Assembly: GCA_964188305.1 (NCBI GenBank)
Contig: OZ076888.1
Origin: Podarcis bocagei
Lineage: Eukaryota
Length of the DNA: 64,000 nt
Strand: one strand, 5' to 3'
Positions 1 through 10,478 of this stretch are shown here, one piece after another. Every line of letters begins with the position of its first letter. Position 1 is the first letter of the stretch. The notes beneath the pieces are model-generated. The model was not told where the DNA came from and did not search any database. It saw nothing but the letters and a program-made list of their open reading frames with translations. The position numbers and the translations under genes were made by a program.

Positions 1-263
1 AATAATTAGAACCTCCCCCCTTCCCCCAAAACAAGTGCATATGAACTGGTTATCTTTAGATATCTTTCGGCATGAAGCACTAACCCCCAGATTTATTTAT
101 TTTTTAATGATGAAAGACCAACTCAAACTGAAGCCAACAGAGAATCATATCCGCTATAGTTAAGTGAGAAAAGAGGGGTTTCTGTGGTTATATGTAAACT
201 TGAAATACGCTTTCTGAAGAGGGTATGCAACAGGGTGCCAGACCTTGGCAGATGACTATCCGT

Positions 264-383
<120 letters not shown>

Positions 384-1115
384 CTAGAGAATACAAAAAT
401 GTTACAATGTGAGTACAAAATATTTACTGAGCTCTCATTGAATACACATACAATGTTAATATTGATCTGACTTGGAGAAGTCATTGAATAAGGAATATAA
501 TGCTCCTTAATTAGCTTGGGTTTCATATTCATTTTCTAAATGGCACAAGGTAGCCAATAAAGTGGTAACTGAATACTTCTACAATTTATTAAGCACAGGG
601 ACCTACCCATTCTTTCTAAATGTTGGGGCATTGACATTCAGCTACTCTGATCCTGGAAGAGGCTGAGAAACACACCACAGAACTGATGACAGAGCAAACC
701 ATTTTAAGTCAGCTGCCATTCCAGACAGATGGTAGAAACGAGGAGCTGCCTCAGTGTATTCACTCTGGTTTAACTGAGACAGACAGTGCAATCATATGCA
801 TGTACACACTCTGCTCAAAAGGGCTTCCTATTGAGCTTACAACAGGGAACAGGGCAGCCTAAAGCAACACTAACCAGGCACTTCACCAGGCAGAACAGCC
901 TCCACTACTTGTTGAATATTTTTTTGCTCATCAGCAAGTTAGAAAAATTATAGAGTTCATTTAATGATCTGTGTAGGTTACCCAATGCTGATTAATGCAA
1001 CCCGGAAACTGGAGCGAGGAGGAACAATTTCACCCTATTATGTGCCTCTGCAATTTACCTTTGGATATAAGGTGTCAACACAAGTTTAAAGCTTCCAACA
1101 TTACATAATACATAC

Positions 1116-1178
1116 CCTAGCAGAACGCTCCATGGTGTAGGCCAAACCAGAATGGACAATGTCTTTTTCAGATGCACC
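1116..1178 (-). CDS. GLUD1: GLUD1 exon 12 (pivot helix)
   Basis: 63 nt; GASEKDIVHSGLAYTMERSAR; AG/GT flanks. Confidence 0.97.
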
Positions 1179-2675
1179 CTATATTGAAAAGAATTGCAAT
1201 GAGTAGTCAGTCTGAAACCAGCCACAGACCCCATTTTGTATTTTTTTAATATTAGTGCTTAAGGGATTGATATATTATGCCACTTTTTGTATACCCCTTT
1301 AACTGCTGGATAGAAAAGGAAACTAGCCAAAGCCAAACCAACCTAAATGTGTTTAATTTAACTGTTTATATTCAGTTGACATACTAACAAGGCTATTCCC
1401 TCTGGAATTTCTATTTAGGAAGCCAAGCAATAGATTATCCTGGATGTATATAACATGCATGGTATTCAGCACACTTCAGAGTACTGTGTCAGTAAATATT
1501 CAAAGTTAGACAACAATTGTGGCAAGCTGCAAATTCCCAGCCAGTCTCTATGTCCCAGCTGCAGGCCTTCCAGGACTATCAAAAGGCAACACACCTTTGT
1601 GGTGAGCAAGACAGTTCCCCAGTCTATGTGGATGTTGCACAGAGTATCCAGGAGGACAAATCGGAGTCAGATCTACTCTGCCCACCCCACCCTCCCAGGT
1701 CTTCACAATACATCCCAGGTTGGCCCATTCATCCGCAAAAAAATCATGGATAAGTCACTAGCATTAATTAACAGCACTACAAAGTCAGAAGGCACAGTGA
1801 AACAACTACCAGGAACCTGTGGACAGGGGAGAAGTTTGCTATGGGGCATGGGACGCAGGTATCCATAGTCTCATCTCCCACAGTGACCCCCATACACTTT
1901 TGCCAACTGCCCCATTGCCTGTGATCACTGGAATGGGACACTCACACTCTTTCCTGTTCCCCAATGGAAACTTTGCCAAGGCACGTAGTACCATGGTATC
2001 AATTCAAGCATAAGAAAGTACACAGAGTCGATAAGCACGAGAGCATCTTGCTGCATCCCTGTGTCAGCACTTTGTCAAACGTTCAGGGCCCCCACTCTCT
2101 CTCTCTCTCACCTAGAAAGTGAAGCGCTCCCACCCCATACTGTGTTCAATAACTTCCTTCCTTTCCTCCTCACTAGTCAGAATACATTCATCTGGGCTGG
2201 TACCAAAAGAAAAGCATCAAGAGGTAGTGTCTTACACTTGTGTGACCCTCCCCCCCAAAGTAGAGACCCCTTTTAGTGTCAACCTACTGGTAACCCACCT
2301 ACAGCAGCCATACTGATGTGGTCTGACATTTAAGTTGCTTCAATCTAGGGAGTCTGCCAGCTCCCACCTCTAGTACCCAGCTGGGGCTTGTTATAGCACG
2401 ACATGTTCAACATGAGCTGCCATGGACTAACAAAGATTGTGCGTAGATATAAAAAAACCACCTGCATTTCCCCTCCAAAATTCAGCAACCTCTGGAACTA
2501 TAACCCACTGAAAGAAGCTAAACAAAACACATATTATGTCCTTCATACTATAAGTAGTAAGGTATTTTTACTCTAGTCTGACAATTATACAACTTGTGCC
2601 CACAGATTGGTTTCCTTTTTTGCAATAGACATTTATCAGATATGCAACGAGCAAAATCTTGCAGCAGCTACTTAC

Positions 2676-2767
2676 AGATATTCTATCCTGGAATTCTGCA
2701 GTAGGCACAACTGGAATACTTCCACCATGTTTCCCAAACTTTCTTTCCAAGCTTTCCTGGACAGACA
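2676..2767 (-). CDS. GLUD1: GLUD1 exon 11 (antenna region)
   Basis: 92 nt; [30 protein letters not shown]; AG/GT flanks. Confidence 0.97.
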
Positions 2768-3299
2768 CTGAAGGAGGGAGAAATAAATAAGTCATGCTGC
2801 TTTCCTATGCATGATTCTTAAATGAAGCAAGTTTCAGTCCAGACAGTTACAATCCAATCCTATGCCTGCTTATTCAGAAGTAAATCCTGCTGTATTCAAT
2901 GAGTGTGCAGCCCTGGCTGACTCAGAAGGCAAGTTTCAGCAGTCTCTCTCAGAAGCACTTGCTTTGCTACTTCTAAGTTTCCTATATTTCACCTGAAGCA
3001 ATTCTGCTGCAGGAAGACAGAACTCTGAAGAGATTCAAAGATAGACAGCCGGGTGACGAGACTTGTAGACTAATGCAAAATGTATCTACTTCCACTTTTA
3101 AGCTGAAATTTGCTTTTCAGTATTGCCAGAAACGTATCTATAAACTTTCACTATAGAACAGAAAATCTCATTCTCCAGTATTATTTATTTGCATTTACAT
3201 AGGGGGGTTTTGGGCAATATTATTCTATTTATTGCATTATGCCATACAAAAACAAGTTCTACTAAAAGATTCTGTCAGAATATATCATAAACTAATTCA

Positions 3300-3602
<303 letters not shown>

Positions 3603-4420
3603 TCAAAACTGCAAAAGATGGTAATTTGGAAAGGTACGCTTTGCAACAGACAGAAATTTTTAATATCACAAACTCTAGTACCACTTTGTAAAATGAAAAA
3701 TAAAGCTGGTTGAAAAATCCAGTTTAGCTGCTATTACAGATAGCAACACTCATTGAGCACAACACACTTCAAATCGGGTTCAGTTGCTGGGTGTCACCTT
3801 TGCAGCTTCTTCCATCTCATCTTGCTGCATTTAAATTGGGGTGGGGGGTTGAAGCAGAGGGAGCTGAGGAGGCAGCAGTCAGAAGCAGACCTTGGAGAGT
3901 ATAACATCTTTGCACTGGCTGCTAACATGCTACAGGCACAGGCAGTGCCAGAGGGTGGTTAAGTGCCCCCCCCCAAATCCCCAAGGTGGTTTCTTGCACC
4001 CCATTGCTGGACTCTCTCATAATGTATTTCAGATGTGAGCTTTCCCTTCCATGACATTGCCACCCGTACTACTCTTCATGGGGATTCTCCCCCTACTCCT
4101 AAAATCAAGACGATTGTTCAGGTATTACCTCCTGCAGCTGTGCAATGTTTGATCTACTGGAAGCCAAAAAGATACCAACAGCAGATGGAAACCCCAAGGT
4201 GATAAAGCAAGTCAAGTTGTTAGTTGTCTTAACAACTGGAATGCAGTGACTTAAGGGGAGTCAATCAGGAGCTATGCCTTTGCTACCTAGGCAAAGGCCA
4301 GCAAAGGCCAGCATTCTTGCCGGGTTGTGGGAGGGTTTAACTATATGAATTCTTTATGCATCATATAAACATACCTCTTTTCACATTATCAAATTAAGTA
4401 GAAGCAATTATTTAGAGTAT

Positions 4421-4483
4421 GCATGGCTGACGAAGCCCGGCAGGGCAAAACAAAGTATTATTCCGGGAATCCTTGTCTTAACT
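4421..4483 (+). ncRNA. Degenerate type I hammerhead ribozyme motif (Penelope-like element relic)
   Basis: CTGACGA-A-GCCC/GGCA/GGGC-AAAAC, then ACAA/TTGT stem III and a GTC triplet at 4475-4477; G12 is replaced by A and stem I is weak. Confidence 0.5.
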
Positions 4484-5117
4484 TCTTTCGTATTTTTCGT
4501 CTGATACCTGCATACAGCAACTGCATACAACTACACTTTGCAAAGGCATATGTGGAACATTACAAACAACAAGTTCATTTTCTACAAGTACTGCTTCTTA
4601 AAGTTGTCGCGTCCGACACTTGTATTAGTAAAGACGTACGTGGAACACAAAAAAGCTTCTATTTGGACATTACATATATAAGAACTGATCTATTTGTGTT
4701 TTCTGTTCAAAATGTTGGTTTTAATGGCTTCTACTTAATTTGATAATGTGAAAAGAGATATGTTTATATGATGTATAAATAATTCACATAGTTAAACACA
4801 GCCAGTTACGTTGTGGGTGTTATTGTTAGTTGGATTTACGTAACTATAGGTTTGATATTGTTGTGGGATGGAATAGAGGGCTAGCATATATATCATCTGC
4901 CTGTGGGACTTTAAGGTTGGCTGGCACTGTCCAAGGAGTACTATATCACTGCTCCAAGTCAAGCCACAGTGAGGAGCAGCAGCATAGAAGCACCCCATTC
5001 CTTTGGATGCAGACTAGGGGCTTGTGAGAATGTGGCTGTGAGTGATGAGAAATGGGGTGTTGTACTAAAAGCCTGCACTTCTTTCCCTTTACATTCCAAC
5101 TAGGCTAAATGACAGTA

Positions 5118-5226
5118 CAGGTACCCCCCCCCCTACACTGGGGTTACATTCGAAGGCATCACGCGTTTAAGTGAAATTGTGTATATTTGAAACACCACTG
5201 AAAAAGCCTTCAAACACCCCATTCTG
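5118..5226. mobile_element. Truncated inverted copy of the 40211-40422 MITE
   Basis: Matches the reverse complement of ~40315-40422 (TTTAAGTGAAAT...TATATTTGAAACACCA...AAACACCCCATTCTG). Confidence 0.75.
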
Positions 5227-5669
5227 TTATGAGTAACAGCTTGGAAATACAGAAGTGAAAGGAAAGATAAATCTGATCAGTGTTAGTAGGCTTATTTGTA
5301 TGGGATACAATTAATCTTCAACCAGGATGGATCCCTTGCCCAAAATTCATTCTCAACTTGAGTCCTTGAGTAATTTTATAACTCTGTGGTTTTCTTTTTT
5401 AACTATCAATTTACAAAGTTATGCATCAAGTTGTGATGTATTCCCCTGTACCACCCTTGCTATACAGAAAATGGATATTCATAGGGTACAAATCCAGCTC
5501 CATTAAAATCATTGGGAATTTTGCTAAAAATTTCAATGCACTCCAAAATGATAGCACATTTTTTTACTGCCAAGTTTTATATTCCCAGAAGATATTTGGC
5601 ATGTAAAACAGGTATTTTTTTAAAAAAAAATGAATGCTAATTTTGGCATGGAGGAATTATATACCTTAC

Positions 5670-5750
5670 CGGAATAACCATGATATTCCTTTCCAGGAAG
5701 ATTTTATCTGCCTCAGGAGTTGTGGGTCCGTTAGCACCTTCAGCAATTAT
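5670..5750 (-). CDS. GLUD1: GLUD1 exon 9
   Basis: 81 nt; [27 protein letters not shown]; AG/GT flanks. Confidence 0.97.
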
Positions 5751-5883
5751 CTGGAAAATAAAATAAAATATTACAGCTGAATATAGAAAAACTTGTGATC
5801 AAAAATAACACAATTTTTCCACAGCAAGAAGATCACAACTTCTGGATCCATTATCAAGCATTTATTCTGCAGGCTCCTCTTAC

Positions 5884-6021
5884 TTTTGCTTTGACCTTGT
5901 GGGCATTGGCCTTTGTTAACTGTTTTTCACTGGCAGCTGGGATGAGGATGTCACAGTCTGCTTCAAGAATGTGGCAGTCCAGGGGCTGTGCCTTTGGGTA
6001 GGTGAGAATTGATCCATGTTG
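5884..6021 (-). CDS. GLUD1: GLUD1 exon 8
   Basis: 138 nt; [46 protein letters not shown]; AG/GT flanks. Confidence 0.97.
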
Positions 6022-6129
6022 CTGTTTGGATACAAAAGGGAAGTCAATGGCTCATTCCAGTGAATTCAAATAGAACAGAAGTTTCAATAATCCAATCTGC
6101 TTCTATATCTAATTCCATAGAATTAGGTA

Positions 6130-7270
6130 TAGAATTAGATCCAAACAAGCAAGGGCCAAAAATGGCCTGGAGACTGCCTGATACACCTAAATTTGGGGTG
6201 GATAGAAGACAAAATATGGCAGACTCATAATAATAAATTCAAAATTGGGGGGAGAGAAACTATTTTATATAAAGAAGTCCTTCCCCGACTCCTTAAAAAA
6301 AAGGGCCCCATTTAAAGACCTTGGAGGTACTCTCAGAAGAAATGACACCAGGTACCACTGGGAGTACCCAGAAGGTAACTCTTTAACTTATAAACATAGA
6401 ATCAGAGATGAAAAGGAGGTAAGAGAAATTCTGTAGGAAGTATCATAAAGATATTGGAGGTACAGACCCCGCTCTGGAAGGTGCAGTAGGAGGACAGGAC
6501 CCAGAACAATCAGAGGATAGTGTAGACAGTCAGGAGGAGGAAGAAGATAAAAATAGGAAGAAAAAGAAAAGTAAAAAAGACAAGACAAGACTTTGAAACC
6601 TAACCAATATGGCAGATATGAAAATATTAAGCTGGAATGTAAATGGACTGAATGGAAAAGTAAAAGTAAATAAAATAGCACATATTTTAAAGAAACAAAA
6701 TTTAGATACAATTTGTTTACAAGAAACACATATTGCTAAAAGACAGATTACTGATAAACAAAGGACATTGTTTGGAATTTGTATCATCAGACAGCACCAA
6801 GCAACGAGGAGTAGCTTTGTATATTAGGCCCAAATTTGAAACACAATTATTATTTAAAGATGAATTGGGAAGAGTGATTGCGACACAAATTACAATGCAG
6901 GGGGGAAAGTTGTAATTGTAGGAATATAAGCCCCGAAGGAAAAGAAGGCTGATTTTTTAAAAGATTTAAAAAACAGGCTAATGGAGTACATGGACCAAAA
7001 TATTATTATGTTAGGAGATATGAATGGAGTATTTTCTTTAGAGATGGACAGAACAATAAGGAAATCAGAGTCAAAAGAAGGGAAATTACCACAAACCTTC
7101 TTTGCAATGATTGAAAATTTAAATTTAATTGATGCCTGGAGGTTTAAACACCCACTAGACAGAGAATATACTTTCCAGTCAGAAGTACATCAGTCGAGCA
7201 GTCGGATCGATGCTATATGGATCTCTTAAGGAAATTTCCTTAATGGTAAAGTCAGCAGATATACTTTCCA
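6130..7270 (+). mobile_element. Decayed L1-clade LINE fragment (ORF1 C-terminus plus ORF2 endonuclease); boundaries approximate
   Basis: ILSWNVNGLN...DTICLQETH, IIMLGDMN, DAWRFKHP...YTF...SRIDAIW are APE endonuclease motifs, broken by frameshifts and stops; ORF1-like KRAPFK...YHWEYPEG upstream. Confidence 0.9.
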
Positions 7271-7442
7271 AATACAAATCTATGGTTAAATTCTGTATAT
7301 TGAGTAGTCCTAACACACATTTATGGAACACTTTCCCCCGTTTTATTGATCAAAATACTCAAATGTACCTTCTCCATTGCCAATATGTTGTTTAATTTTG
7401 CTGTACAAATTTGCAATGAAATCAAGAACCAGTTTTTCATAC

Positions 7443-7580
7443 CAATTTGTAATCTTCCAACTCCTTTGGGTCAAGTCCATCAGGATTCCAAATTGCGCCA
7501 TCTTTTTCTCCAATGGCAACACATTTTGCACCATAACGATGAAGATACCTCATAGAATGCAATCCTACATTGCCAAATCC
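7443..7580 (-). CDS. GLUD1: GLUD1 exon 7 (Rossmann GFGNVG motif)
   Basis: 138 nt; [46 protein letters not shown]; AG/GT flanks. Confidence 0.97.
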
Positions 7581-7669
7581 CTGTAAAGAAGAGAAGTATA
7601 TTTAGGCTCAAGATCACTGTACAAATAAACGGGAGATATCAAAACCTTTGCTGGTTAAATCACAACCTA

Positions 7670-8406
7670 CCGTATTTTTCACTCCTTAAGATGCACTTTT
7701 TGTTTGTGCGTATTATGGAGTGAATGTGTGGTCCCTGGAGCCAAATCACCTGAGTGCGATGCATGCCATTGCCCCACCCTCCCGGGTTGCTGGCAGCCTT
7801 CCCTTTCCCCTGAAGCCCCGGGAAGGTTTGGGAGAGGCAGGCAGGCTGTGCGACACTGCCTCGCGCTCTCTTTGAGAGAGGCTTAGCCGACGGCCTCCCC
7901 TTTCCCGATAGCTTCAGGGATGTTGGCTGGACGATGGCGGGAAGAGGCAGTTGCCGAGAGAGGGGAGAAAGAGGACGGAGAGGAGGGGGACTGAGAAGCG
8001 GGGCGAAGGGAGAGGAGGTAGGTTGCTGCAAGTGGAGAGTCATGGTAGAGGGCAAAGGAGAGGCAGCAGTGAAGGGGAGAAATTGCAGGCGTCGCCTGAG
8101 GAGTTTGGGTGAAAGGGATGGAGAGGAGGAGGCTGGAAAAGGGGGCTGTGCTGCTTGGGGAGAGGGAGAAAAAAGTGGGGAGAAGGAAAGGCTCCCAAGC
8201 CTCTGCAGGAGGAGAGCGATCCTTGCAGAGGCTTAGGATGGAAGCTGCGCCCCATCAACCATATGGCTGGTGGATGCGCAGCGTCCCTCCCAAGCGTCCC
8301 AAGCCTCTGCGGGGATCACGCTCCTCTCAAGGAGGCTGTGATTCAGATTATTATTTTTCTTGTTTTCCTCCTCTAAAAACTACGTGCGCCTTATGGTCAG
8401 GTACGG
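7670..8406. mobile_element. Non-autonomous Tc1/mariner-superfamily DNA element
   Basis: TA|CCGTA...TACGG|TA termini; subterminal TAAG/CTTA inverted motifs; purine-rich interior. Confidence 0.7.
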
Positions 8407-8719
8407 TATTCACATTTCAGGGGATGCCATGTTTGTTACTGGGGATATAAGAAATTAGCTGAAAGTCCATGAAAGATTTCACCACCACCCATTAAAGCAA
8501 TGTGTTTAGTTTTCACAAAGGTTACACTGAAAGATACTCAGTTTCAAGAATATTTCTTCCTCTTCCCAGTAGTTTGGAATGCTGATGCTGAACTCTTTAA
8601 GCTGGAGAAGAGGAGGTTTGGATCCTCCTAGAGGAAAATTCATATGGTTTTGGAACCCAATCCTAGATGTTTGCACTAGGAATGACTACTTAGGATGCAA
8701 GTAAACTTGCACTAGCATA

Positions 8720-9275
8720 TGCCATGCCCTGGCTGGATGCAGAGGAGTGGTGGGAGGCACCAAATGGGGAACCCCTAAGGAATCCCCCGGGGAAGAAGGA
8801 TCAGAGCCTAGTGGAACAACAAGGAGTAGTCAGAGGGAGAAGGAGCAGACTGGGAGGCGGTGTCAGAAGCAGAAGAGGTGACAGGGTCTAGTGCACAGGA
8901 AGAGGCTGCTGCAGGGCACATTTCAGACTCCAAGGCAGAAGCCAGTGAGTATTCTGCTCTTGCTCCAACCAGCTTCACTCCCATGTGGTCTTTATAACTC
9001 ACAGAGAAATGAGACAAACAGAGCAGAGGTTGGTTGTGTGCAGATGCAGCCTGAGACTGCGTAGGAAAGACCCTGGAGAGGAGGAGCCCTAGTGGGCACT
9101 GGGAAGGTGGGGACCTTCAGTCCTTGCAATTACTTCATCGGGGCAAGACCTCCTAGAAAATGTTTCAGAGACAAGTAGGCCAGAGCTGTGGTTGGTTTCC
9201 TTGAATAAATAATTTCACTGGGTTCAGTTGATTTATTGTTTTGTTGCTGACCTACGCCAGACTCCAGCCCTGACA
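8720..9275 (+). mobile_element. Older, degraded solo LTR
   Basis: TGCCATG...CCCTGACA termini; AATAAA at 9204; purine-rich body like the other two LTRs; TSD degenerate (GCATA/GTTTA). Confidence 0.65.
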
Positions 9276-10223
9276 GTTTAGCAGTCTGTACAGCCTATTT
9301 CAGCTAATTTTTGAATCAGTTACTTCAGAGGGGAAAGGATGCAACCTACTTCCAGCTTTATTCAAGGACAAAGCTTGCCTGTCTCCATTTTCCCCCTTAT
9401 TATTTCCCTGTTTGTTTGGGCACAGGCACACCCCATTTCAGCTCTGCCAACACAAGCATTCCAGAGCGGCAGTGTTGGCATCCCTGTTTTCACAGGTCAG
9501 AATTCCCCTCTCGCTTATTAATTGGCAAAAATACAGTAACTCATTAGTACAACCCCATATTTAGCAAGGGCAACTTTCCTTTTTAACAAATCTAAAATTT
9601 GATTCTACGTAGCTCTAAATAAAGGATTCTAGCAAGCAATACAAATACAAGTTTCTGAACTCTAGGTAACTGTAAAATTCAAAACTCTGACTGATACAAT
9701 CATATTAGAAAGAGAAGTACTATTTGTGACATTTACCCAGCTCCATGGTTTTAGTTGCTCTTATTGTTATGTTATTATGCTTGGCTGTTCATGAAATTTT
9801 ATGGAAACTAGCTTGTCCTGCACCCTGGAATCCACTGAGATGGAGGGTAGGCTATAAATGCTTTTAATAAATGAATAAAAAGTTGTCTACTTTCAGACTA
9901 CGCAGGTGGCACAGGACCTGGAATGCAGTACAGCAGCTACTGTATGTTCATGAAACCCCCATACACTGGAGGTTGCTTTACAAAAAAAGGACCTATCTAC
10001 AGAAGATACTACTTCCAACATGATTGATATATAATGCACACATTTTTTCTAAGCATTACACAAAGATTTTTTATGAAGTCACTTCCTGCAGGCTTATGAT
10101 CTGACACAATACAAAAGGAAAAAAGAAAAGGAGCTAGACCTCTTTACCAATGTCAATTACAGTGTCTGGTTTAGCAGAATCTGAATGTCATACTGTGTGC
10201 CACGTCTGTTCTTTAAGGTTCTA

Positions 10224-10478
<255 letters not shown>

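Noticed and set aside
1455-1868. 137-aa plus-strand ORF in GLUD1 intron 11
   Set aside because: No recognisable domain and no splice or promoter context; consistent with chance
7660-8450. Cluster of 60-131 aa ORFs
   Set aside because: All lie almost entirely inside the purine-rich interior of a TA-flanked non-autonomous transposon; no transposase motifs
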